The notes below the pieces were generated by a model. The model was not told where the DNA came from, ran no database searches, and saw only the letters and a list, made by a program, of their open reading frames with translations. This document shows positions 22,564 to 31,302 of a DNA stretch of 64,000 bases, in pieces. The position numbers and the translations under genes were made by a program. The stretch is from a virus. The first letter of the stretch is position 1; each line of letters opens with the position of its first letter. The stretch lies in IMG/VR virus record IMGVR_UViG_3300045988_010345; one strand, given 5' to 3'.

Positions 22564-23010
22564 ATGTTTGAAGAAGATAGCCTATTTACTCCAATGGAGT
22601 CAAGCAGAAGTACAGAAGTATCTGGTTCTCAGTTCTTTATCAACTTCTTAAATCAGCTTGAAGGTTGGAAGACCAAGTGTAAGAACTTGCACTGGGCAGC
22701 ACCTAAGAAGAACATTCATGTATATCTTGATGAGTTCCTTGATATATTGTCAGATTATCAAGATGGTCTTGCAGAAGGATACATGGGAATACTTGGTAAG
22801 ATGCAACCTAATGTAATCAAAGGAACTGCAAGTGATGCACTGAATGCTTTTGACTTTATAAGTGAAGTTAAGTCTGCTACTACTGCATTCTATGATAAGA
22901 TTCCTCAAGAGACTATATATAAAGGTATAACATCTGAATGTGAGACCTTTATTCAGAATATCAATAAGTATGCCTACTTATTTCACTTATGTGATACAAG
23001 ACCTTATTGA
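22564..23010 (+). CDS. Dps/ferritin-like four-helix-bundle protein
   Basis: 148 aa. KNLHWAAPKKNIHVYLDEFLD...DGLAEGY follows the Dps pattern (HW..G..F..lH..f.e...D.iAE), with candidate ferroxidase His, His, Asp and Glu in register. Confidence 0.55.
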   Translation: MFEEDSLFTPMESSRSTEVSGSQFFINFLNQLEGWKTKCKNLHWAAPKKNIHVYLDEFLDILSDYQDGLAEGYMGILGKMQPNVIKGTASDALNAFDFISEVKSATTAFYDKIPQETIYKGITSECETFIQNINKYAYLFHLCDTRPY

Positions 23011-23018
23011 CAAGAGAT

Positions 23019-23104
23019 GCTCTCATGGTGGAATTGGTAGACACGAGGGACTTAAAATCCCTTGACCAGTAATGGTTGTCTGGGTTCAACTCCCAGTGGG
23101 AGCA
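23019..23104 (+). tRNA. tRNA-Leu (anticodon TAA), long variable arm
   Basis: Acceptor GCTCTCA/TGGGAGC, D-arm GTG-GAATTGGTAGA-CAC, anticodon stem AGGGA/TCCCT, loop CTTAAAA, T-arm CTGGG-TTCAACT-CCCAG. Confidence 0.85.
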
Positions 23105-23110
23105 CCATTT

Positions 23111-23184
23111 GCCTCCTTAGTGTTAATGGTTTAGCAAGCCTGTCTTGTAAACAGGAAGAGAGGGTTCAAATCCTTCAGGAGGCT
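23111..23184 (+). tRNA. tRNA-Thr (anticodon TGT)
   Basis: Acceptor GCCTCCT/AGGAGGC, anticodon stem CCTGT/ACAGG, loop CTTGTAA, T-arm GAGGG-TTCAAAT-CCTTC. Confidence 0.8.
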
Positions 23185-23191
23185 CAAAGTT

Positions 23192-23260
23192 GTAGGTATG
23201 GTGTTGGTGGTTAGCATATGACATTGGCAATGTCAAGGGGTCAGTTCAAATTTATCTACT
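23192..23260 (+). pseudogene. degenerate tRNA-like gene (anticodon loop reads GGC; T-arm collapsed)
   Basis: Acceptor GTAGGTA/TATCTAC (paralogous to the neighbouring tRNA-Gly), D-arm and anticodon arm TGACA-TTGGCAA-TGTCA are intact. Only 17 nt (AGGGGTCAGTTCAAATT) stand where the variable region plus T-arm should be, and no T-stem can be formed. Confidence 0.4.
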
Positions 23261-23265
23261 CAAAT

Positions 23266-23337
23266 GCAGGTATAGTATAAAGGTTAGTATGTAACACTTC
23301 CAATGTTAATGTGTGGGTTCGATTCCCACTATCTGCT
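23266..23337 (+). tRNA. tRNA-Gly (anticodon TCC)
   Basis: Acceptor GCAGGTA/TATCTGC, anticodon stem TAACA/TGTTA, loop CTTCCAA, T-arm GTGGG-TTCGATT-CCCAC. Confidence 0.85.
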
Positions 23338-23346
23338 CAAATATAT

Positions 23347-23419
23347 CATGGGGTGATAGCAATGGTAGCTAGCAAGACTCATAATCTTGAGGTTGGAGGT
23401 TCGAGTCCTCCCCCCGTAA
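23347..23419 (+). tRNA. tRNA with CAT anticodon (third copy), possible C1:A72 mismatch
   Basis: D-arm TAGC-AATGGTA-GCTA, anticodon stem CAAGA/TCTTG, loop CTCATAA, T-arm GGAGG-TTCGAGT-CCTCC. The acceptor pairs as CATGGGG/CCCCGTA with 1:72 unpaired, and its register is ambiguous by 1 nt. Confidence 0.7.
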
Positions 23420-23433
23420 CTAAATTACTTTAT

Positions 23434-23631
23434 ATGGAAGAGATAGAAAAGGCAAAGATGACAAGAACCAAAAAGACCAATAGTTCAGAGGTTCATCAAA
23501 TTATGACTGCATTAACTGATACTACAATTAGAGGTATTGTAAGGTCAGTCAATGAGGAAGGAATTAAGAGAGAGGATATAGTTTCTCTACTTAAAGAAAA
23601 TGGTCAATTTGTATTAATCTACTTTAGATAA
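23434..23631 (+). CDS. hypothetical small protein
   Basis: The track ORF 23311..23631 starts (GTG) inside tRNA genes. The first ATG after the last tRNA, at 23434, gives 65 aa (MEEIEKAKMTRTKK...). Confidence 0.55.
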   Translation: MEEIEKAKMTRTKKTNSSEVHQIMTALTDTTIRGIVRSVNEEGIKREDIVSLLKENGQFVLIYFR

Positions 23632-23643
23632 AACATTATAAAA

Positions 23644-23946
23644 ATGGAAGAGCAGAAGACAATAGAAAGACCCTTGATGAGTGAAGAAGAGTTCAAGGAT
23701 TATATGAAGAATAACAGAGTAGATATTGTGGGAGATTTCTATGAAAGAGGTATTCTTCACTTGAGAACTTATGAAGCAGTGAGCAGGTTTAAGTCTGTAA
23801 GGAGAATAATTAGAAGAGGTCATGTATCTCTTGATGGATTTATTTATCCTAAGAGACCTTTTAACAATGCTAAGCATGGTAAGAACAGTCTGAATGACAG
23901 AAAGAAGATGATTTATGAGCAACTTAAACACAGAAAATCAGCCTAA
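23644..23946 (+). CDS. hypothetical basic protein
   Basis: 100-aa ORF. Confidence 0.6.
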   Translation: MEEQKTIERPLMSEEEFKDYMKNNRVDIVGDFYERGILHLRTYEAVSRFKSVRRIIRRGHVSLDGFIYPKRPFNNAKHGKNSLNDRKKMIYEQLKHRKSA

Positions 23947-24136
23947 TGATTACAATGAAGTGCCAGTGCTATACTGCAAGCATTGTCTATCATTGAAAAT
24001 TAGGAACATTCCAAGAATGGAGGATTCAGATTACTGTGATGAGTGTGGCTCCACTGATATAGGAGAATGTTCAATAGAGGAATGGGAGACCCTCTACAAG
24101 AATAGATATGGGCATAGATACCTTGAAGAGTATTAA
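23915..24136 (+). CDS. small zinc-ribbon protein
   Basis: 73 aa with CxxC...CxxC (CKHC, CDEC). Confidence 0.55.
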   Translation: MSNLNTENQPNDYNEVPVLYCKHCLSLKIRNIPRMEDSDYCDECGSTDIGECSIEEWETLYKNRYGHRYLEEY

Positions 24137-24156
24137 TAACTTAATTATAAAGTAAA

Positions 24157-24489
24157 ATGGAAGAGCAAAAGAAAAAGGTTGTAGAGATGCAGCCAGCAAC
24201 AAAGGAAACAGAGAGACCTGAAAAGATGTCTTATGAGCAGTTAGAGAACATAGCTCATCAGCTTAGTGAGCAAGCTAAACAGTTATATATGAAGCTGCAA
24301 GCTGCTAATATGAGCAATATGTTCAAGAGACTTGACTACTTATTTAAGGTAGTAGAGAATGGACATATGTTTAAGCAGGACTTCCTTGAAAAGTGTATTG
24401 CTGAGATTGAGGAGATTATGACAGTCCCTGAAGAGACTGAGGAGGATAACAAGGAAGAGGAAACACCAGATATTAAAACTGAAGAGTAA
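24157..24489 (+). CDS. hypothetical acidic coiled-coil protein
   Basis: 110-aa ORF. Confidence 0.6.
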   Translation: MEEQKKKVVEMQPATKETERPEKMSYEQLENIAHQLSEQAKQLYMKLQAANMSNMFKRLDYLFKVVENGHMFKQDFLEKCIAEIEEIMTVPEETEEDNKEEETPDIKTEE

Positions 24490-24497
24490 GTTACAAG

Positions 24498-24878
24498 ATG
24501 AAGAAGGCTAACAATATAGTTAGAATCTCCACTTCATTAAATGGTAAATTCTTTAGATATTGGTTTGAATTTTTGGAGCCTTTTCATAAGCTAACTGATA
24601 GAGAGATTGATGTAATTACATCCTTTGTTAAGCAAAGATATGAACTCAGTAAAGTTATCAAGGACAATGAGATACTTGATAAGGTTACAATGAGTGAAGA
24701 TACAAAGAAGAAAGTAAGGGAAGAGTGTAGTATCACTCTCCCACACTTTCAAGTAATTATGGGCAAGCTAAGGAAGAACAAGGTTATCATTGATGGTAAG
24801 ATTAATCCAAGGTTTATTCCCAACATTGATGAAGAGAATGGCACTTTCCAACTATTGTTACTTTTTGAATTGAAATGA
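24498..24878 (+). CDS. hypothetical protein
   Basis: 126-aa ORF; ATGA overlap with the next gene. Confidence 0.6.
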   Translation: MKKANNIVRISTSLNGKFFRYWFEFLEPFHKLTDREIDVITSFVKQRYELSKVIKDNEILDKVTMSEDTKKKVREECSITLPHFQVIMGKLRKNKVIIDGKINPRFIPNIDEENGTFQLLLLFELK

Positions 24879-25147
24879 ATTATCCTGATATAATTGGTAA
24901 GGTTTCTGAAGAGTTGAATTTACCTAAAGAAGTGGTAGATAAAACATATAGGGCATTTTGGTTATTCATTAACCAATCTATACAATCCTTGCCATTAAAG
25001 GAGAATCTTAATGAAGAGGATTTTGCTAAGCTAAGAACAAATTTCAACATTCCATCACTGGGTAAACTGACTTGCACTTATGATAGGATGTTAGGTATGA
25101 AAAAGAGACTCAAGTTTATAAAACAGATAAGGGAGAAGAAATGTTAA
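24875..25147 (+). CDS. possible HU/IHF-like DNA-binding protein
   Basis: 90 aa. The N-terminal helix pattern (DIIGKVSEELNLPKEVVDKTYRAF) and the length resemble the HU/IHF family; weak. Confidence 0.3.
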   Translation: MNYPDIIGKVSEELNLPKEVVDKTYRAFWLFINQSIQSLPLKENLNEEDFAKLRTNFNIPSLGKLTCTYDRMLGMKKRLKFIKQIREKKC

Positions 25148-25566
25148 AAGTAAAAAAGATAAAGCCAATGTTTACCTCGCTCATTACTACAATGGATAAG
25201 TATGAGCATGATATGATGGTAGGAGCAGGACTCATTGATGTAACCAAGAGAGAGGGTAGCTTAAAGGAGTATCAGAGGGTACTTGCAGTGGGCAGCTCTG
25301 TTAGAGACATTAAGGTTGGTGATTTAGTATGGGTTAATCCTACAAGATTTGGTGTGAAGAAGCACCAAGAAGGCTCTCTAAAAGATGGAGTAATCACTGA
25401 TAACCCTATCATAACTTACAACTTTGATGTTGTTGAGATGGATGGAAAGCAGTGCCTATTACTACAGGATAGGGATATTGACTTCATTATTGAAGAGTAT
25501 GAGGAAGTTCCTGACCCAACTCCTTCACCTATTATTCAACCAGAGAAGAAGAAACTAATTGTATAA
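25141..25566 (+). CDS. possible GroES/gp31-like co-chaperonin
   Basis: 141 aa. IKPMFTSLIT...YQRVLAVGSSVRDIKVGDLVWVN...LLLQDRDIDFIIEE parallels the GroES pattern (IrPL..rvlv...G.VvAVG...vkvGD.V.f...li..e.DIla.i). Confidence 0.35.
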   Translation: MLKVKKIKPMFTSLITTMDKYEHDMMVGAGLIDVTKREGSLKEYQRVLAVGSSVRDIKVGDLVWVNPTRFGVKKHQEGSLKDGVITDNPIITYNFDVVEMDGKQCLLLQDRDIDFIIEEYEEVPDPTPSPIIQPEKKKLIV

Positions 25567-25571
25567 CTCAA

Positions 25572-25614
25572 AAGAGTGTATCAGGAAAACCAATCCTAAT
25601 ACACTCTTTTTTTC
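25572..25614 (+). terminator. intrinsic terminator
   Basis: AAGAGTGTAT / ATACACTCTT 10-bp stem followed by TTTTTTTC. Confidence 0.7.
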
Positions 25615-25621
25615 TTAGATT

Positions 25622-26161
25622 ATGATAAAATTATTCAAATATGAGGGCTACAAGATAGTAATATCTGAGGAAGCCTTTGCTCTTAAACCATTCAGACAGA
25701 TATGGCAAAGAGATAAGACTGTTAATAAGGATAAGGCTATTATGGAACTTGGCTTCATATACTTCTTTTGTGACCCAAGAAGTGACTATCAATACCTTGT
25801 AGATGACAAGGAGAGAATGGAAGCTATTAAAGAGGGAGAAGGATTACCTCCTAAATGGGAGCCAGACAGGATAGTAACAGAGGCAATGGAATTTTATAAA
25901 TCATTTAAGCCAATCTCTGCACTACTCCTTGAAGACACTAGGTTTATGGTTAATAAGTTCAGAGCAAAACTAAGAGAGCTGGACTTTGACAGCCTTGAGG
26001 TTAAGGAGTTTAAGGAGATTACAGCCATTGTAAAACAGATTACACCTCTCATTAGAGATTTGGATGAGGCTGAAAGAGCACTTAACTCTGAAATGAGGAG
26101 TTCAGGTAAGATGAGAGGACAGGGAGAAAAGACTATATTTGAAGATGACTTGGCACTATAA
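25622..26161 (+). CDS. hypothetical protein (small terminase candidate by position only)
   Basis: 179-aa ORF upstream of the large terminase. Confidence 0.55.
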   Translation: MIKLFKYEGYKIVISEEAFALKPFRQIWQRDKTVNKDKAIMELGFIYFFCDPRSDYQYLVDDKERMEAIKEGEGLPPKWEPDRIVTEAMEFYKSFKPISALLLEDTRFMVNKFRAKLRELDFDSLEVKEFKEITAIVKQITPLIRDLDEAERALNSEMRSSGKMRGQGEKTIFEDDLAL

Positions 26162-26163
26162 CT

Positions 26164-26517
26164 ATGAAAGCAGAAGATATTATAGAAGGTCTTAATAAAC
26201 ATATTGAGACAAGGAGAAGTGAGAGGGGAATTGAGAATGTAGGGCACATGGTATTACAGAAAGAAATTATACCTCATTCCTCATTCAAGGTTTATAAGAT
26301 TTACAAGTACACTCTTTGGTTTACTAGGAGAGGTAAATCTTATAAAGTAATAACAGCACAACATATTGCTAAGGTTCCTGATGGTCAGGAAGGTACCATG
26401 TTGAGAGAGATGAATATCATGTTGAGTACATTAATCTTCGATTGGATAGGCTCTGATTTTTATGAAGCAATTATAAAGGGAGAATATAATGGAGTTTCAG
26501 AAAATATCGACGAATGA
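26164..26517 (+). CDS. hypothetical protein
   Basis: 117-aa ORF overlapping the terminase start by 29 nt. Confidence 0.55.
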   Translation: MKAEDIIEGLNKHIETRRSERGIENVGHMVLQKEIIPHSSFKVYKIYKYTLWFTRRGKSYKVITAQHIAKVPDGQEGTMLREMNIMLSTLIFDWIGSDFYEAIIKGEYNGVSENIDE

Positions 26518-28789
26518 ATATCAAACTGAGCTAACTGAGGAATTGGTTAATAGCCTCCCTCAGGAAGTTCAGGACCAGTTATTTGATATTATAAATAATG
26601 TAGAGTTTGTCAAGAGATTGATAAGCCCTACAAGAGAATATGCTAAGGATAGACCAAGGGATGATAGGGGTAGAATCATTGTAGACTTGGCTAATCCTCA
26701 TATATTAGAGGATATGGACTATTTCAGACCATCTGCTATACATTATGAGAAGTATGGTACATTTACTAACCTTAGACCTAATGCCAATCCTAATAGTGAG
26801 TATGGCAAATGGGTAAGAGAGGAAAGGAGAAGAATCTGGGATGGCTATGTAAGGGAAAGTGATGGAGAATGGGTTACAGGTTATATGTACTGGTTTCTTA
26901 ATTATTCTCCTATGATGCTTTCTAAGATTAGAGAGTATAAGGATAAGAATGGCAAGAAGAGAAAGTCCAAGAGGGCTGATAGAGTAGAGGCACTACCTGA
27001 ATGTTGGGAAGGCATCTATTGGAGATTTCATTGCTTAGACCAAGCATCAAATGGAGGCTTATATAATAACTTTGAGGGAGGTCAACACATGGCTGAACTT
27101 GCTTCCAGAGGTAAGGGTAAGTCATATAGTCTTGCATCCATACTTAATCATATCTTTGTGGTAGGTGAGAATGAGGAGGCACATGAGAAGGTAAAGGGTA
27201 TAGTAACTGCTTATCAGAAGGAATATCTTACTAAGGATGGTGTTCTTAACAAGTTTGTAGATATGGCTAATTTCTGTGCAACTAATACTCAGTTTCCAAG
27301 GAAGAGATTAAAGAACTCTTTGCAGGAAATGACATGGATAATGGGGTATAAAGATGTAGAGTTGGACATTGAAAGAGGTACTCAGAATACAGTACTTGGA
27401 GTATCATCTAAGGATGATGAGTCTAAGTTGAGAGGTAAGAGAGCTGCTAAGATTCTTATTGAGGAGTTTGGTACATTCCCAAGACTTGTAGACTTGTATA
27501 ATGTACTGTTACCTTCAGTACAAGAAGGTGATATTGTCTTTGGTCAAATCTATATGTTAGGTACTGCTGGTGATAATGAATCAGACTTTGCTGGTGCCCA
27601 GGAAATTATGTATAATCCGAAAGGTTATAATATGTATGCTTTACCTAATGTATTTGATAAGTATAATCAAGGTAAGCCTTACTTTGTATTTTTCTTTCCT
27701 GGCTATATAAATAGAAAGGGATGCTATAATGAGAATGGTGTATCTGATGTAATTAAGGCTTTAATTGAAATTCTTATGAATAGGTATAGGGTAAAGTACA
27801 ATTCCACTGACCCTAATACTATTATTAAGACTATTGCTGAGGTTCCTATTACTCCTGCTGAGGCTATTGTTAAAACAGGTGTAAATATGTTCCCTGTAGC
27901 TGACTTGACTGAGAGAATAGGTCAATTGGATGCTAATCTTACAGAGTATGATGATGTATATGTAGGTGATTTGGTATTCAATAAAGAGGGTCAGGTAGAG
28001 TATAAACCTACCTCTGCTACACCTATCAGGGATTTTCCACATAAGGATAATAAGATAGAAGGTGCTATTGAAATATATCAAATGCCTGAGATTGACAAGA
28101 ATACAGGCAAGCCATATAATGATAGATATATATTAGGTGCTGACCCTTATGATGATGATGAGTCAAATACTATGTCTTTGGGTTCTATATTTGTACTGGA
28201 TTTATGGACAGATAGGATAGTAGCTGAATATACTGGAAGACCTTCTTTTGCTGATGATTACTATGAGATTTGTAGAAAACTTTGCCTATTCTACAATGGC
28301 AGACTGAATTATGAGTATAACAAGAAAGGTCTATTCTCCCACTTCTCGATAAGAAATAGTCTCTATCTTCTTACAGATGTTCTTGATTTCTTAAAGGAGA
28401 AGCAGATGATGAAGGATGGCTATGGTAACAAGTCAAAAGGTACTAATGCCTCTCCTGCCATTAATGCTTTTGCAAGGAGTAGATTGAGAAGCTGGCTATT
28501 AGCCCCAGTTCCTATTATGCAGACTATTGATGGAGAAGAGAAAGAAGTAATGGTTCCAAGACTATTTACTGTAAGAAACAGAGCACTACTAAAGGAGCTT
28601 ATTAACTACAACTCTGAAGGTAACTTCGATAGAATATCTGCTATGGGCATGTTAATGCTTCTGAGAGAAGATAGGATGATAAGATACCAAGGAGATGTTA
28701 GTAAGGAGAAGCAAGAGAGAGCTAATAATAGTTATGATGGTAATGACCCATTCTTCAAGAGAAACTATGACTTTAGGTTTAGGCAGTAA
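26489..28789 (+). CDS. terL: terminase large subunit
   Basis: 766 aa with Walker A-like SRGKGKSY, Walker B-like KILIEEFG and an acidic nuclease-type motif LGADPYDDD; followed by a portal-sized gene. Confidence 0.7.
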   Translation: MEFQKISTNEYQTELTEELVNSLPQEVQDQLFDIINNVEFVKRLISPTREYAKDRPRDDRGRIIVDLANPHILEDMDYFRPSAIHYEKYGTFTNLRPNANPNSEYGKWVREERRRIWDGYVRESDGEWVTGYMYWFLNYSPMMLSKIREYKDKNGKKRKSKRADRVEALPECWEGIYWRFHCLDQASNGGLYNNFEGGQHMAELASRGKGKSYSLASILNHIFVVGENEEAHEKVKGIVTAYQKEYLTKDGVLNKFVDMANFCATNTQFPRKRLKNSLQEMTWIMGYKDVELDIERGTQNTVLGVSSKDDESKLRGKRAAKILIEEFGTFPRLVDLYNVLLPSVQEGDIVFGQIYMLGTAGDNESDFAGAQEIMYNPKGYNMYALPNVFDKYNQGKPYFVFFFPGYINRKGCYNENGVSDVIKALIEILMNRYRVKYNSTDPNTIIKTIAEVPITPAEAIVKTGVNMFPVADLTERIGQLDANLTEYDDVYVGDLVFNKEGQVEYKPTSATPIRDFPHKDNKIEGAIEIYQMPEIDKNTGKPYNDRYILGADPYDDDESNTMSLGSIFVLDLWTDRIVAEYTGRPSFADDYYEICRKLCLFYNGRLNYEYNKKGLFSHFSIRNSLYLLTDVLDFLKEKQMMKDGYGNKSKGTNASPAINAFARSRLRSWLLAPVPIMQTIDGEEKEVMVPRLFTVRNRALLKELINYNSEGNFDRISAMGMLMLLREDRMIRYQGDVSKEKQERANNSYDGNDPFFKRNYDFRFRQ

Positions 28790-28833
28790 ATTTAGTAAAA
28801 ATGAAGACTAATGGTTAATAAATTACTTATATA

Positions 28834-28865
28834 CTTGCATAGGTCAAGGATTTTATTTACCTTTG
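28834..28865 (+). promoter_or_regulatory. Bacteroidota-type promoter upstream of the portal operon
   Basis: CTTG at 28834-28837, 20-nt spacer, TACCTTTG at 28858-28865. TTGCATAG is repeated at both elements. Confidence 0.6.
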
Positions 28866-28887
28866 CATAGTAATTAAATTGAAGTAT

Positions 28888-31302
28888 ATGGGATATGAAA
28901 TGATAAATTTGCCTCCACAGCAACTTCCCTTCAATAAGAAAAATAAAGCTTGGAGGAAGAAGCACTTGGATTGGGCAGACAGTAAGACCTTCTTCAATTA
29001 TAGCTTAGTTAGAAAATCTGTAATACATAAGAAAATTAACTATGACTTGCTCAATGGTAAACTCCACATGAGTGACCTTGAGATGATACTGAATCCTGAA
29101 AAGCTACAGGCAGGTTTTATACCTGACAGGATTCAACACTATCCTATTATGAATAGTAAGTTGAATGTGCTTAGAGGTGAGGAAAGCAAGAGAGTCTTTG
29201 ACTTCAAAGTAGTAGTTACTAATCCTAATGCTATTACAGAGATAGAGAATAACAAGAAGCAAGAATTACTACAGAAGCTACAGGAATGGGTATCTAATAC
29301 TTCTCAATCAGAAGAAGAGGCTAATCAGGAGCTTGAAAAGATAAATGATTATTACAGTTATGAGTGGCAGGACATGAGGGAAATAAGGGCAAATGCCCTA
29401 TTAAACCATTATGTGAAAGAATTGAATGTCCCCCTAATGTTCAACCAAGGCTTCATGGATGCAATGGCAGTTGGTGAAGAGATTTATCAATGTGATATTG
29501 TAGGAGGTGAACCTACTATTGAAAGGCTGAATCCACTCAAGGTGAGAATCTTTAAGTCAGGATATAGCAATAAGATTGAGGATGCAGATATGATAATCCT
29601 CGAAGATTATTGGAGTCCAGGCAAGGTTATTGATACTTACTATGATGTATTGACAAAGAAAGACATGGAGTATATAGAGAAAATGCCTGACCATGTAGGT
29701 CAGGCTGCTACAGACTCTATGGATAATATTGATGAGAGATATGGCTTTGTCAATAATCATATGATAGGAGATGAAATAAGTACAGAAGGATTCTTTTGGG
29801 ACCCATTAGGAGGAGATGATGGAGTTAATAACTCACTTCTTCCTTATGATGTTGCAGGGAACTTGAGAGTACTTAGAGTATATTGGAAGTCAAGGAGAAA
29901 GATTAAAAAAGTAAGAAGTTATGACCCTCAAACAGGTGAAGAAGTATTCAACTTCTACCCAGAGACCTATGTAATAGATAAGGATGCTGGAGAAGAAGAA
30001 CAGATATTCTACATCAATGAAGCATGGGAAGGAACTAAAATTGGTACAGACATTTATGTCAATATGAGACCAAGAGTAGTTCAGTACAACAGGCTAAGTA
30101 ATCCTTCAAGATGTCACTTTGGAATTGTTGGCTCTATTTACAACCTTAATGACAATAGACCATTCAGTTTAGTAGACATGATGAAGCCATACAATTACTT
30201 GTATGATGCAATACATGATAGATTAAATAAGCTGATAGCAAGGAATTGGGGTTCATTAGTTAGGCTTGACTTTGCTAAGAAACCTAAAACATGGGATGTA
30301 GAGAAGTGGTTATACTATGCAAAGACTATGGGTCTTGCAGTAGAGGATAGCTTCAATGAAGGTAATGTAGGTGCAGCTACAGGTAAACTTGCAGGTGCAT
30401 TAAACAATGCTTCTACTGGTGTAATTACAGCTTCTGATGGTAATCAGATACAACAATACATCAATCTTCTTGAGTTTATCAAGATGGAAATGGCAGAAGT
30501 TGCTGGTATTACCAAGCAAAGAGAAGGTCAGGTAAGTAATAGAGAAACAGTAGGTGGAGTAGAGAGAGCTACCCTCCAATCTTCTCACATTACAGAGTGG
30601 CTATTTGTAGTGCATGAGGATGTCAAGAAGAGGGCATTGGAATGTCTACTTGAAACAGCTAAGATAGCATTAAGAGGCAGGAGCAAGAAATTCCAATACA
30701 TTCTATCAGATAATTCAATGAGAATTATGGAGATAGATGGTGATGAATTTGCAGAAGCTGATTATGGTCTTGTAGTGGATAATAGTAATGGTATTCAGGA
30801 ATTAAACTCAAAACTTGATACTTTAGCTCAGGCAGCATTGCAGAACCAGACTCTATCATTCTCAACTATTATGAAGTTATTCAGTTCATCTTCACTCGCT
30901 GAAAAGCAAAGACTTGTTGAAAAGGATGAAAGAAGTATTCAAGAAAGACAAGCCCAAGCTCAGCAACAGCAATTGCAGGTACAGCAACAGGAGATAGAAC
31001 AAAAGGCTCAGATGGAACAGGCTAAGATGCAACAGGAAGATGCTCTTAATCAAAGAGATAATGAGACAAAGATTCTTATTGCACAAATGCAAGCCTATAG
31101 CAAGAATAGTGAAGATGATGGCATAATAGAGCCTGAATATTCACAAGAGGCTAAGGACAAGCTTATGGAATCAATAAGACAATTTGATGAGAGAATTAAG
31201 CTTGATAGGGAAAGATTAGAGTTTGATAAAGATAAAGCAAGGTCTGATGCAAAACTTAAAGAAAAGCAGATAAACAAAACAACTCAAAAATCAAATAAAT
31301 GA
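28888..31302 (+). CDS. portal protein (by size and synteny)
   Basis: About 800-aa ORF directly after terL. The track start at 28879 is a TTG; the first ATG is at 28888. Gln/Glu-rich C-terminal tail (QAQAQQQQLQVQQQEIEQK). Confidence 0.6.
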   Translation: MGYEMINLPPQQLPFNKKNKAWRKKHLDWADSKTFFNYSLVRKSVIHKKINYDLLNGKLHMSDLEMILNPEKLQAGFIPDRIQHYPIMNSKLNVLRGEESKRVFDFKVVVTNPNAITEIENNKKQELLQKLQEWVSNTSQSEEEANQELEKINDYYSYEWQDMREIRANALLNHYVKELNVPLMFNQGFMDAMAVGEEIYQCDIVGGEPTIERLNPLKVRIFKSGYSNKIEDADMIILEDYWSPGKVIDTYYDVLTKKDMEYIEKMPDHVGQAATDSMDNIDERYGFVNNHMIGDEISTEGFFWDPLGGDDGVNNSLLPYDVAGNLRVLRVYWKSRRKIKKVRSYDPQTGEEVFNFYPETYVIDKDAGEEEQIFYINEAWEGTKIGTDIYVNMRPRVVQYNRLSNPSRCHFGIVGSIYNLNDNRPFSLVDMMKPYNYLYDAIHDRLNKLIARNWGSLVRLDFAKKPKTWDVEKWLYYAKTMGLAVEDSFNEGNVGAATGKLAGALNNASTGVITASDGNQIQQYINLLEFIKMEMAEVAGITKQREGQVSNRETVGGVERATLQSSHITEWLFVVHEDVKKRALECLLETAKIALRGRSKKFQYILSDNSMRIMEIDGDEFAEADYGLVVDNSNGIQELNSKLDTLAQAALQNQTLSFSTIMKLFSSSSLAEKQRLVEKDERSIQERQAQAQQQQLQVQQQEIEQKAQMEQAKMQQEDALNQRDNETKILIAQMQAYSKNSEDDGIIEPEYSQEAKDKLMESIRQFDERIKLDRERLEFDKDKARSDAKLKEKQINKTTQKSNK

